A stretch of DNA of 64,000 nucleotides from assembly GCA_017409005.1 (NCBI GenBank), contig JAFQTP010000007.1, forward strand, positions 28,854 to 92,853. The letters run 5' to 3'. Shown one piece after another: positions 9,432-19,977 of this stretch (the stretch's first letter is position 1; each line of letters opens with the position of its first letter). Source of the DNA: Clostridia bacterium (GTDB lineage: Bacteria > Bacillota > Clostridia > Christensenellales > UBA1242). Both the position numbers and the translations under genes were made by a program. The notes beneath the pieces are model-generated. The model was not told where the DNA came from and did not search any database. It saw only the letters and a list, made by a program, of their open reading frames with translations.

Positions 9432-10823
9432 TTACATCTCAAAATCTTTTTCTCTTTTACGCTTTCTTTCTTGACGTTCTTCCATAAGTTTTTGTAGCAT
9501 GTCGTCAAACTCATCATCAGTCATATCTTTAACAAGTTTTTCCTTTCGTTCTTCAATAACTTCTTCTCTGATGTTTTGGTCAATTAACATTTGTTCTTCC
9601 TTAACTTTTTCATTAAACTTCTCTGTTGTCTGTCTTACATATTCGCTATCCACAGAGTTATATACTGTGATTGTAGTTTTTACATCACGATGACCTAAAA
9701 GTTGTTGGATAACCTTTGGATTTTCGTTCATCTCAAATAACATATTAGAAAATGTATGTCTTAATCCGTGAAATCCAATGTGATATTTCTTCAAATCATT
9801 TCTTTTCTTAAACCTATCAAATATCTTTTTAGTACCTGAATAACTTCTAACAGAACCATCATCATTAGCAAATATAAAAGAAGTCCTAGATGTTAAATCC
9901 CCAGAGACTTCTTTATTTGTGTTTTGTCTTAAAATTTGCTTTTCTCGCCACTGTTTTAAAGTTTCAACAACAATGTCCGCTATTGGTATTTCTCGGACAC
10001 TACAAGTGGTTTTTGTGTCTCCTACGATAGTTACACGGCTTGTTACTTTGCCATCACTATCAAACTTTGGTTCCTGCGTTATTGCTTGTTCAACTTTTAA
10101 TGTTTTATTTACAAAGTCAACATTTTCCCATTTTAGAGCAAGTGCTTCGCCAATGCGGAGTCCTGAGAACATTAAGCAAATACAAAGTGGTTTTATGAAA
10201 TTAGCTTCATCTTTATTTAATGCTTCCAAAAATTTAGTTCTCACTTCGGGTGGTAGTGCCTTGTATTTTTCTTTCTTATTTGGTGCTTTGTCTTTTGTTC
10301 GTATTTGTACTTTTAGGGTAGGATTAACTGATACCCATTTGTTGTCTATTGCATATTCAAAGAATTGACTTATCATGTGTTTGTTTTTCTTTATTGTATT
10401 ATTGCTATACTTCTCATCAATAAGTTTGTTTATCACTTTTTGAATTACAAAAGTATCAATATCATAAATTTTCATATTGCCAATTTGTGGCTCTATGTGT
10501 AATCTAAAATTTCTCATAATGCCTTCAAAAGTTCTTCCAGTAACTGAACTTTTTTTGAATACCAATAACCAATCTGTCATTAGCTCTCCAAAACTTTTAC
10601 TTTCAACTAGTTCATAAGAATTGCTTTTAATTCTGCCACTAACTTCGGCAAGTTTTTTAGCAACTTCGGTTTGGCTATTTCCATATACTGTCTTTTTCTT
10701 TTGTTGACCTTTATCATCATATCCAACAGTTATACTGCCAACCCATTTGCCATCACTTTTCCTTTGAAAGATACTTCCTTCATTATTACTTCTTCTAATT
10801 TTTGACTGAGTTCTTTTAACCAT
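9432..10823 (-). CDS. Tyrosine integrase of element A
   Basis: N-terminal GSIFQRKSDGKW arm-binding domain; SGLRIGE, KT, HGLRH and LLGH...TTITVY catalytic residues intact. Confidence 0.95.
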   Translation of the reverse strand: MVKRTQSKIRRSNNEGSIFQRKSDGKWVGSITVGYDDKGQQKKKTVYGNSQTEVAKKLAEVSGRIKSNSYELVESKSFGELMTDWLLVFKKSSVTGRTFEGIMRNFRLHIEPQIGNMKIYDIDTFVIQKVINKLIDEKYSNNTIKKNKHMISQFFEYAIDNKWVSVNPTLKVQIRTKDKAPNKKEKYKALPPEVRTKFLEALNKDEANFIKPLCICLMFSGLRIGEALALKWENVDFVNKTLKVEQAITQEPKFDSDGKVTSRVTIVGDTKTTCSVREIPIADIVVETLKQWREKQILRQNTNKEVSGDLTSRTSFIFANDDGSVRSYSGTKKIFDRFKKRNDLKKYHIGFHGLRHTFSNMLFEMNENPKVIQQLLGHRDVKTTITVYNSVDSEYVRQTTEKFNEKVKEEQMLIDQNIREEVIEERKEKLVKDMTDDEFDDMLQKLMEERQERKRKREKDFEM

Positions 10824-11082
10824 TCTTCACCTCGCTTGTATTGTTATTTAAAGTTATCCAAGTTACAAAGTTAAGAACACTTACGACTTGTCTTTTACCA
10901 ACTTTTGTGGTAGGGAAATTTTTACTTCTCATCAAATTTCTAACATTATCTCTTCCAAGACCTGTAATCTTTATTAGGTCTTCACAATCAAGAAAATCTT
11001 TATTGTATTTAGTTGTTAAACGGTCAACTTCCGCTTTTATTAAATTGTCAATATTAAGTTGTTTGTTATCGTTAATAATCAT
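10816..11082 (-). CDS. Excisionase / HTH DNA-binding protein
   Basis: Small, overlaps the integrase start; LIKITGLGRDNVRNLM...FPTTKVGKR winged-helix pattern. Confidence 0.75.
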   Translation of the reverse strand: MIINDNKQLNIDNLIKAEVDRLTTKYNKDFLDCEDLIKITGLGRDNVRNLMRSKNFPTTKVGKRQVVSVLNFVTWITLNNNTSEVKNG

Positions 11083-11415
11083 TTAATTCTCCTCATAAAT
11101 TTAAATCTTTGTGTTCTATTAAATTGTAATTTTCTATTCTAAATTTTTGAGAAAGAATATTCTTCTTTCTGCTTTTCTATTCCTAATATCTTCTGTAGCT
11201 TTAAGCATAAGAAGTCGGCAGCTTACTGCCATAAAACGAAAATGGGTATTCCCATTTGTCGTAAAGATAAGGAAGAAAACAATAGATGCAGTTTTGTAGC
11301 ATATAAAAAAGTCCTATTTTATAGGGCTTTTGGATACTTTAAACTAAAATCTATGTTTCTTCCGTTTATCCTGTTTGATTAAAACTCTAAAAATGAGTCG
11401 TTTTGCATACACTTT

Positions 11416-12648
11416 TTACAACTCAATTTCACTATATTTTCTGCGATATTCTTCTTTTTCTCGGTCGGCTTGAATTCTATAATATTCTTGCTGTTTAGCA
11501 TAAGCTTCGCTTTGCTTTTGACGATATATAAAGTTCTTAATTTCCATTTCATCACACTTCGCATAATATTCAAGTAAATCCAAAAGTTTATCCCATTCTC
11601 GTTGTCGCATTGCTTTCTTGTAAGCTTTGTATTGAGCTGTTTTAATATCTAACTTTTCAAGTTCCTCGTGCAGTTTTCCAAGTTCAATGGCTGTGTTGAT
11701 TGTTATATTTCCAAGTCGTCTAAATAGGTCTTTTTTGTAGTTAGAACCTTCTTTGTAATTTCGTTCATCTTTCCATTCTTCAAACTTTTTAAGTGCGTTT
11801 TCAAACTCCCAATAAGTTTCTCTCGTTTGGGTGTTTTTGGTTAAGATAAACTCGGTTACTCCGTCAACATCTTTTTTAACTCTCAACATATTTTCGCTAT
11901 CGTAAGAATGTCTGCCGTCTTTTGGTAGGATAGTGTAAAGATTTAAAAGAAATCGTTTTAACTTTCTTGCCATATCTGTTCTGCTCATTAAAGCATTATA
12001 AGAATAAAGCATATCTTTTCTTGCTTTAAGAATTTGTGCTGTTGGCTTGGTTAGTGCTTTTTCAAATGTAAATTTTGTTGCAATTAGTAAGTCTTTTGAA
12101 ATAGTGCCTGAGTGATATTTTAACTTTCCACCATTGTCAAAATATAATGGCTCCTTTTCAAAGAATGAGATATGAATGTGTTTGTTCTCGGTGTTCTCGT
12201 GAAGTCCCGCATACCAAACAATATTGTCGCCATATAGTCCAGCTCTATTAAAAAACTTAGGAAGTTCTTTCTTTAAGAATTTGTATGCCTGTTCATAATC
12301 TCGACAATATTCATCTCCAAAGTCTTCTCTAAAAGAAATTATCATATCCCAAATAACACTTTGAGTTGTTTGTAGTTGGTGTCGTAAATCTAGTTTTTGT
12401 TCATCATTAAGTAGTCCATCTTGATTAAATGCTCCAAATGATTTTTCTTTGTTTGCTATATATTGCTCATAATCAGATGATACATTTTCACTTGCTCCTG
12501 TGTGAACATAGTTAAGGTAACTATAACTATCTTGGCAACTAACAAAATCTCTATGTGTTGCCATTTCGGGATTATTGGTATAATGGTCTTTTGTTTGGTA
12601 GTATTGTAATTTCATAAAAACATTATCAGTTTGTGGTTCGCTTGTCAT
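11416..12648 (-). CDS. Relaxase (MobL/MobP-like)
   Basis: YLNYV tyrosine, IWDMIISF and LHENTENKHIHISF HUH motif. Confidence 0.85.
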   Translation of the reverse strand: MTSEPQTDNVFMKLQYYQTKDHYTNNPEMATHRDFVSCQDSYSYLNYVHTGASENVSSDYEQYIANKEKSFGAFNQDGLLNDEQKLDLRHQLQTTQSVIWDMIISFREDFGDEYCRDYEQAYKFLKKELPKFFNRAGLYGDNIVWYAGLHENTENKHIHISFFEKEPLYFDNGGKLKYHSGTISKDLLIATKFTFEKALTKPTAQILKARKDMLYSYNALMSRTDMARKLKRFLLNLYTILPKDGRHSYDSENMLRVKKDVDGVTEFILTKNTQTRETYWEFENALKKFEEWKDERNYKEGSNYKKDLFRRLGNITINTAIELGKLHEELEKLDIKTAQYKAYKKAMRQREWDKLLDLLEYYAKCDEMEIKNFIYRQKQSEAYAKQQEYYRIQADREKEEYRRKYSEIEL

Positions 12649-12874
12649 CTTTTACCTTTTCCCATATAGCAGTAGTAGTGTCTTCAATTTGGTCTAACAG
12701 TTCAATAATCTGGTCATCACGATTTTCTTTAAAAGCGTATGATTTTAATACAGCATTAAGAAATTCATTAACACTTTCAAACTTTGTCATATCATACATC
12801 TCTTGTAATTTTTCTAGTAGCCTTACATCTTTAAGGCGTAGGGTATTTACTGGTTTTATTGTATCCGATTTCAT
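12626..12874 (-). CDS. Small RHH-like relaxosome accessory protein (putative)
   Basis: Overlaps the relaxase start; LRL...SVNEFLNAVL pattern; RBS AAAGGAG. Confidence 0.5.
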   Translation of the reverse strand: MKSDTIKPVNTLRLKDVRLLEKLQEMYDMTKFESVNEFLNAVLKSYAFKENRDDQIIELLDQIEDTTTAIWEKVKDDKRTTN

Positions 12875-12889
12875 TAATTCTCCTTTCAA

Positions 12890-13233
12890 GTAATATTTTT
12901 GTTGGTCTTTCTATGATTTTGTTTTCTTTAACTAATACCTCCTTTTAATAAATTTTTTCACAACAAAAAAGAAACCTCGGTGGATAAGATTTCTTTTAGT
13001 TCTTTCTATATTTAGTTTTGGTTAACAAAGAAAAATGCCTACTAACAATAAGTGCAATTTTATCTTCTTTTCCCCCTCATATATATAGGTTTTTTTGAAG
13101 TTTTTGCATCGGTTTTCGATGTCGTTTTTTACAACATTTTGTTAATAGACATTAAAAAAGCCCGAGAATATCGGGCTAAAAAATTTTTAAAAAATTTTTG
13201 AAGTTTTGTGCCAAAAGTGTTAATTTTAGGTTT
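12890..13233. promoter_or_regulatory. Candidate oriT / mob promoter region
   Basis: Non-coding gap upstream of the mob genes with inverted repeat AGCCCGA-GAATA-TCGGGCT and repeated TTTTTGAAGTTTT; nick site not identified. Confidence 0.35.
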
Positions 13234-14229
13234 CTATTTCACCCCTAAAATATTTTTTGAGATGAAATGTATACCTTTGTTAGTTCCATATTGCTTTATT
13301 CTTCTTGGGGCAACATTTAAAGTTATCCACCTGTAGTTTTTCTTTGGAGTATAGCACTTATCTAATTCAACAAAAGAGAAATATAACTTTTCTTCCCATC
13401 GTTCAGGTTTATCAGTTAAACCATCTTGATATTTCCCTTTGCAAACATAAGAATTAACTATTCCATAAAACTTTCCATCAATTTTTGTATCTTTTCCAAA
13501 TATTACATTAAGAAAGGCAAGTGTGGTATTATCACATTCTTTTGTAGATTTTATTCTTCTATAAGGCAAGTCAAATGTAAAATCACTTATATTAAATTTT
13601 CCACGTACAACAAGTTTTTCATCATAATCCGTATCAGTTAGAATATTATACTTACCATTTTCTTTGGCAACAAAAATGTTATAAGCAATTTTATCTCCAG
13701 TATATTCAAAATCTTTTTCTTTTTTCAAATTTACTATGTAAGAGTTTTTTGTTTGTCTGTTTAAGTATGTTTTATTTATTTGTCTTGTTATATAGTCATT
13801 ATCTATTAAATATTTTAAATCACTTTGAATTGTCCTCTCAGTAACAGCAAACTTCCAAGCTAAATCTCTAACCAAGACCTTTCTACCTTTAAGATATTTA
13901 AGATAAGCATATAACTTTTTTCTTCTTAATTCTCGTGTGAAAATACATTTGATAGGTCTTTCAAAAACTTGTTCTTCTTCATCTTCTTCAACATCGTCAT
14001 AATCATTGAGACACCCATATTCATCTTTGTCTTCATAAACCAAAAACTCTAATTTTTTATAGTCATAATATCTTCTAACGCCTCGTTGACCTTTCAAATA
14101 GGTCTTGTTGCGTTCTTTCTTTTCTTTAAGTTTTTCAGCAAGTTCTTCCTGTCTCTGTTGTAAAATTATTTGTCTTTCATAAGGGTCTCTAAAATCCAAA
14201 CCATCATCATTAATATACATACTTATCAC
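13234..14229 (-). CDS. Winged-HTH-containing hypothetical protein
   Basis: VRDLAWKFAVTERTIQSDLKYL DeoR/HTH_11-like motif. Confidence 0.6.
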   Translation of the reverse strand: MISMYINDDGLDFRDPYERQIILQQRQEELAEKLKEKKERNKTYLKGQRGVRRYYDYKKLEFLVYEDKDEYGCLNDYDDVEEDEEEQVFERPIKCIFTRELRRKKLYAYLKYLKGRKVLVRDLAWKFAVTERTIQSDLKYLIDNDYITRQINKTYLNRQTKNSYIVNLKKEKDFEYTGDKIAYNIFVAKENGKYNILTDTDYDEKLVVRGKFNISDFTFDLPYRRIKSTKECDNTTLAFLNVIFGKDTKIDGKFYGIVNSYVCKGKYQDGLTDKPERWEEKLYFSFVELDKCYTPKKNYRWITLNVAPRRIKQYGTNKGIHFISKNILGVK

Positions 14230-14307
14230 AACCTTTCAATCATTATATCACAAAGAAAACAAAATTGTTGGAGTTTTGACAAAAGATTACAAAAAACACC
14301 CAATCAT

Positions 14308-14652
14308 TTAAGATTGAGTGTTTAAGTTAACCCAAATTATTGCTCCTTTAGGATGTTTATAAGGTTTAGGTTCCTTGTATCTTTGAGCATTTTTAATAAA
14401 CCATGCGTAAGTTTTATTGTAAGGTAAATATTTAGTATCTTTAATATTATGCTTACATATGCCATTTTGATAATCTTGTAACGAAAGTTGCTTTGAATCA
14501 TATATTTCACAAGAACCGATAATTTTCCCAGAGCCACTTTCTATCAATTCTATTTTACCTCGAATTTTTGTGTTGCTACCACGAATTTCCCATGTTTTCT
14601 GTCCGTTTAATATGTATTCAATCCAAGGTTTTTTTATTATTAAACCTTTCAT
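14308..14652 (-). CDS. ASCH domain protein
   Basis: GLIIKKPWIEYILNGQKTWEIR signature; coupled to the restriction endonuclease gene. Confidence 0.88.
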   Translation of the reverse strand: MKGLIIKKPWIEYILNGQKTWEIRGSNTKIRGKIELIESGSGKIIGSCEIYDSKQLSLQDYQNGICKHNIKDTKYLPYNKTYAWFIKNAQRYKEPKPYKHPKGAIIWVNLNTQS

Positions 14653-15401
14653 TAAAACTCATCAAATCCTTCATAGGTTGAAAATGCTAATAAATATAAA
14701 GCTTTTAACAAATCGTTGTTGTTTTCTCTTAATTCTTGTATAACAGTATCTTCTTCAACTGTTAATTGTTCATTATTTGATACTATATCTTTGATTATTT
14801 CGGGCAATATCTTGCACAATTTAAAGAACGCCTGATTGTCTCCAGTTACAATTTCATAAAATTTATCTATAGACACTCGTCTAACTTTTTCATTTCCAAC
14901 TCTTTGTCCATCTAACGATATGTACCATGGTATATTCTGACTTTTTCTAGCTATTATTTCAACCAAATAACATTCACAAGAAGGTTCATCTAATGCTTTA
15001 GAAGACAATTTCATATATGTTTTTTGTGATGAACTTGAATTCATTGTATTATGCTTATTTTTTAATTCAACATAAACCTTGTCACCATTATTTTTAGTAA
15101 AAACCACATCAAATCCATGATTAGGAACTTCACAATTTTTAAAATAATTAAAAATATTTTGATGGAAATATCCTATAGCATTAGTGTTTGTTTTATCTCT
15201 CTGTCTAGCAATTTCTTCTTTTATAATAGTTTCCATGTCTTTATTATATACATTGCTGTCAAAAGTTAATTTAATTGGGTCAATTAAATTACTGTTAAAT
15301 TTAGCCAAATTAATACTTTTGATAGTTTCTGAATAAGTAGCTAAAGTTTGTTTTATATGATTTCTCAAATCCTCATCACTTATAAAATTTAAATATGACA
15401 T
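14652..15401 (-). CDS. Type II restriction endonuclease, Eco47II family
   Basis: NLIDPIKLTFD, RQRDKTNTNAIGYFHQ, FDV...ELKNKHNTMNSSS. Confidence 0.85.
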   Translation of the reverse strand: MSYLNFISDEDLRNHIKQTLATYSETIKSINLAKFNSNLIDPIKLTFDSNVYNKDMETIIKEEIARQRDKTNTNAIGYFHQNIFNYFKNCEVPNHGFDVVFTKNNGDKVYVELKNKHNTMNSSSSQKTYMKLSSKALDEPSCECYLVEIIARKSQNIPWYISLDGQRVGNEKVRRVSIDKFYEIVTGDNQAFFKLCKILPEIIKDIVSNNEQLTVEEDTVIQELRENNNDLLKALYLLAFSTYEGFDEF

Positions 15402-16627
15402 AATTTAATCTCCTTTAATGTTTTTGCGATTGCAAGACCAATCTCTTTTGCAAAGTTTACAGGAACCGCATTTCCTATTTGTTTATATTTATTTAACATA
15501 CTTCCATGAAATTACCACTCATCTGGGAATGATTGTATTCTAGCACTTTCTCTTACTGTAAACGGTCTTGTTTCATCTGGGTGGCATCTGTCTGTTTGTT
15601 TCATACATGGAGAGCATAATATTGTAAGACTAGGCTCATCCCAAGAAATTCTTCTTGCCATTCCCGTTTTCCCACCACCCAATCCATATGAGCCTTTCAT
15701 GTAGGCACGAGCAACATCATCTGGCAAATCTCTCCAACAACCACCTGGGGGAACTAAATCAAAAACTTCTTTTTTACTCTGAGGATAAGAAGCTCCTTCT
15801 GATTCTGGAACATTTTGTAAAACATCTCTAAGAACAGGCTTATAATCATGTGGCTCTGGATATTTAAATTCAACATTAAGGTCATTTCTAATTCCTATAA
15901 TAACAATTCGCTCTCGTTTTTCGGCAACGCCATAATCCCATGCATTAAGAACTTTATATTGAACTCTATATCCAATCTCTTCAAAAACATTTATCATCGT
16001 TGTTAATGTTTTTCCACCATCATGATTTACTAAGCCTTTAACATTTTCAGCTAAGAACATTTTAGGTTTAAGTTGCTCTAAGACTTTGGCATAATAATAG
16101 AACATTGTACCTCTAACATCATTTAATCCAAGTCTTTTCCCAGCATAACTAAACGATTGACAAGGATATCCTCCTGACAATAAATCTAGTTCACCTTCTT
16201 TTAAATTTAATAAAGACAATAAATCTCTATTTGCCAAGTCTTCAATAGGTTCACAAAAAACACTCCAATCAGGTCTGTTCATTTTAAGAGTTTCGCAGGC
16301 ATCCTTATCAAAATCATTAGATAACAGATTGTCAAAACCGGCATATTCTAACCCTAAGGCCAATCCACCTGCACCTGCAAATAATTCAACATTAGTAAAT
16401 TTTTTCTCTTTTTTTAAATTTTCAACATTTAGAATTACATTTGCATCAATATTAAAATTAGCAACAATAGAACGTAAGTTGTCATAATTGGGTTTGCTTT
16501 TCCCAGACAACCAATCGCTTACTTGAGCTTGTGTTGCGTTTATTACTTTGGCAAATGTTGTTTGATTTAAATGATTATTACTTATAGTTTGTTGTAAAAG
16601 CAATGACAATTCCATGATTTTTTTCAC
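15389..16627 (-). pseudogene. HTH-fused C5 cytosine methyltransferase interrupted by an in-frame TAA
   Basis: ELFAGAGG, GYPCQ and ENV motifs; TAA at 15512-15514 is followed in frame by FHGSMLNKYKQIGNAVP (motif X) up to the natural stop at 15389. Confidence 0.85.
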
Positions 16628-16734
16628 CTCTAATCCATTATAACATACTTAATCAAAAAATGTATCATTTTTATAGGTTTTCCTATAATTTTTTTAAAAA
16701 AAGAGAATCGTATTGCCAATTCTCTTAAAAACTG

Positions 16735-19026
16735 TTAAATTTTAAATTTGCTTTTCAAATGTTCATAAACCAAATATTCATATTTGTCAAATTTATTTAA
16801 TACATTAATATCTTTAGAGTCCAAATATTTTATAACCTTAAATGGTACCCCGTAATCACTTATTTTTTTTGCATCACTATTTGTACAACTATATTCTAAC
16901 AATGCAATTAAAGATGTAAGATTTGATGAAATTTCATCCATATCACAATTATCTGTTTTGGCAATATTGTATCTTAACAATACATCCAACAATCCCAAAT
17001 ATTTTACCAGGTGATACTTAAAAATATTAAATGTCAATTTAGAGGTCTCTTTAACTGCGCTATCTGGACTTTTCCTTTCCAACTCGAATTTAAGAACACC
17101 ATGAAAACCATCACTTAAATAATGTGCCACTTTTACTGTTAGAAATGAAAAATTTTTTTTCGTCTTTTTTTCTATAAGGTTTTTCAAATCTTCATTTTCT
17201 ATTATTTGGTATATAGATGTCAATAAAATTTCAAAATTATCCCAATTTAAGTATCTTCCAAAATTTAAAACATTTCTTATTTGTTGTTTCCTATATGATG
17301 ATAACTTTAAAATAGTTTCATATAGTGTTATTTTATCAGATAGTTTAATTGTCTTAAACTTTTCTACAATGTGTAAATCCAACCCCAATTCATTAGCTTT
17401 TTGTAACAATTGCTTCTTTGTTGATTTTTGGTTATCAGTTAAATATTTTTCGGAAGCCATCATAACATCTACTTCTGATTTTGTGGCATTTTTATCATAT
17501 TCCAAATTTTTCAACTCTTCCGATTCTGAGTTTAGGATTTGATTAAAATTATTATCAACAGCAAAAACAAAACCTTTAAAATGGTGCATGAATCTACCAG
17601 CTCTTCCTGCAATATTTTGAGCATCAAATTTTTTTAAGGTTTTATTACCTTTTTTATCAGACATAACTATCATATTTTTTGCTGATGTATTTATACCTTC
17701 AGTTATAGTCGTTGTTGAAATTATAGTATCTAGTATTCCTGCATTAAAAAATTCAATTATTTCTTTTTGAATATACTTTGGAATATATCCATGATGAATT
17801 CCTATTCCTTTTTGCAAAGATTTATACAATATCCAATCCTCGCTAAAAGCATGCTTTAAATGGTCTAAAAAGATATAAAATTTTTCTTTTAATTTCAAAT
17901 TCACAATATCGAGATTAATATTAGACTCTTCTTTAAATTGTATTAACCATTTTGCTATTTGTTCAGTTTTATGCCTAGCATCAGTATAAATAATAGATGA
18001 TTTATTTTCACTTTCATATAAAGTTTTTAACAATGTTTTTAACTTATTTTTTGATGGTTTGCTAGTAACTTCAAAACTCAAACCTTCAAAATGATAAGAT
18101 TTTTTTTCATCAATATTTAATATGGCTTTGTTTACTATTTCTATATTGTTATAAGATAAAACTTCAAAGCTATTGTCTTTAAAAAAGTTTTGTATTGAAC
18201 TTGTATTATTTTTTGTTATTTCAATATATGGTCCTGCTAATAATATATCTTTAGATAAGTTACACACAAGTTGTAATGCAACCCTAAAAGACAAGTCTCT
18301 TTCGTTTTCACCTACAGTTTCATTATCCATAATAAACTGGTTGTCTATTTTATATATTTCATCCATAAATATAAAATCAAATTTAAATCTATTTGATTTA
18401 TCTGTCATTGATAAAAATCGCTCAGGTGTATAGATAAATAGATTTTTATCATCATTATTAACATCTTCATCACTCAAAGTATGTATTTTATAATCAGAGA
18501 AGAAATCATCATTAAGCAATTTTATATAATTCTCTGCCAATAAGGAAAGAGTAGGAAAAATTAAAACTATATTCTTATACTTCATCTTTTTAATAATTTG
18601 AGTTACTATAAATGTTTTACCAAAAGATGTTGGAGCTGTTAGGAAAAAACGGTTTTGATTTTCCTGATGAAACTGTTCATATACAATTTTTTGATACTTA
18701 TGAAAAGCTTTATTTTCTTCCATTGCTAATGATGAATTATATATCATATTTGAAAAGTCATTTAAATGAATGTTTTCAAATTTTAATTTGTTATTTTTTT
18801 GCTCTAACAACATTTCATAATATTGAGGAACACCTATTAAATTTGAGAATTTATATAAAAATTTTAATTGTGTTTGGGATAAATCAAAATCCTTTATTAT
18901 GTCAAAGAAATTACATACACACTTAATTAAAACACCTTCTTTTTCTAAGGTATCACAATCATATTTCAACTTAATTATTTCTTCTGCCTTACTATTTAAA
19001 TAAGAGGCTTGTTCTTCTGAATACAT
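16735..19026 (-). CDS. hamB: Hachiman SF2 (Ski2-like) helicase
   Basis: APTSFGKT, DEIY, GIHHG, TTITEGIN and NIAGRAGR motifs; directly downstream of a DUF1837 gene. Confidence 0.85.
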   Translation of the reverse strand: MYSEEQASYLNSKAEEIIKLKYDCDTLEKEGVLIKCVCNFFDIIKDFDLSQTQLKFLYKFSNLIGVPQYYEMLLEQKNNKLKFENIHLNDFSNMIYNSSLAMEENKAFHKYQKIVYEQFHQENQNRFFLTAPTSFGKTFIVTQIIKKMKYKNIVLIFPTLSLLAENYIKLLNDDFFSDYKIHTLSDEDVNNDDKNLFIYTPERFLSMTDKSNRFKFDFIFMDEIYKIDNQFIMDNETVGENERDLSFRVALQLVCNLSKDILLAGPYIEITKNNTSSIQNFFKDNSFEVLSYNNIEIVNKAILNIDEKKSYHFEGLSFEVTSKPSKNKLKTLLKTLYESENKSSIIYTDARHKTEQIAKWLIQFKEESNINLDIVNLKLKEKFYIFLDHLKHAFSEDWILYKSLQKGIGIHHGYIPKYIQKEIIEFFNAGILDTIISTTTITEGINTSAKNMIVMSDKKGNKTLKKFDAQNIAGRAGRFMHHFKGFVFAVDNNFNQILNSESEELKNLEYDKNATKSEVDVMMASEKYLTDNQKSTKKQLLQKANELGLDLHIVEKFKTIKLSDKITLYETILKLSSYRKQQIRNVLNFGRYLNWDNFEILLTSIYQIIENEDLKNLIEKKTKKNFSFLTVKVAHYLSDGFHGVLKFELERKSPDSAVKETSKLTFNIFKYHLVKYLGLLDVLLRYNIAKTDNCDMDEISSNLTSLIALLEYSCTNSDAKKISDYGVPFKVIKYLDSKDINVLNKFDKYEYLVYEHLKSKFKI

Positions 19027-19889
19027 TCTAACACCTCCAATTTAATTGTTTTAGCATCCTTTACTGGTAAAAATATAAAAAATAGTTCCACTTCTATGTT
19101 GTGAGGAATGATTACGGGGTTTGTTTGATTTAGTTTCTCAATTTTTTCAATATATGATTTGATAGTTAAATCATAATCATTATAGACTTCATTTGCAACC
19201 ACTAAAACTGGGTACACTAACTTTCCGTTATATCTTTTAATATCTTCATAAAAATTTCTATATGGATTTTGTTTGCACTCTTCAATAAATTTTTCTATTA
19301 AAGCACCACTCGCAAATGATTGATACCTTTTTTGAAATATGGTTTGAAGATTTTTATTTAGATATTCTAATGTAATATCCTTATTAATATTATCCCAAAT
19401 TTTTTTTAAAGCTCTTGTATATTTATCATAAAATTTAACTTCTCCACACCAAAATTCAAGATTATTACCTTTTTCAATAATATGATGACAATCGTAGCCG
19501 TGAACTTCAGAATTTGATAATAAATCAAAAAACTCTCCACGAGCAACTAAAACATCTGTACCATAGAATACTTGTAAAAATACATTTAATAAAGCTTCTC
19601 CATAAAATCCTAGTTTTAATTTAGCATCATCATCTCCCACATTGAAACGGACTCTAAACTCCAATGCGTTTCGTTGGAGTTCATTTAATTGAGTTAAATC
19701 AATTTGATAATCATCATAAGCCAAATCAACTATACTATTATATATTATATTGGCCACATCAGAATCCTGGTTTGGCTTAAATGCGAAATCTTCACAAGTA
19801 GACACAATGCTTTTAGGAGTATCGTTATGTGGTAATGTATATTGCAAAGTTATAACATTGTTAAATAATTCTTTCAATGCTGATCTCAT
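18996..19889 (-). CDS. hamA: Hachiman HamA (DUF1837)
   Basis: GFYGEALL, HGYDCHH, FWCGEVKFY and FIFLP motifs; overlaps the helicase gene. Confidence 0.82.
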   Translation of the reverse strand: MRSALKELFNNVITLQYTLPHNDTPKSIVSTCEDFAFKPNQDSDVANIIYNSIVDLAYDDYQIDLTQLNELQRNALEFRVRFNVGDDDAKLKLGFYGEALLNVFLQVFYGTDVLVARGEFFDLLSNSEVHGYDCHHIIEKGNNLEFWCGEVKFYDKYTRALKKIWDNINKDITLEYLNKNLQTIFQKRYQSFASGALIEKFIEECKQNPYRNFYEDIKRYNGKLVYPVLVVANEVYNDYDLTIKSYIEKIEKLNQTNPVIIPHNIEVELFFIFLPVKDAKTIKLEVLECIQKNKPLI

Positions 19890-19977
19890 AGACATCTCCT
19901 TATTTGTCATATTATAACATATTTGCAAGAATTTTCCATAACTTATCTAAAAAAATATCAACCAAGTTGAAACTAGA

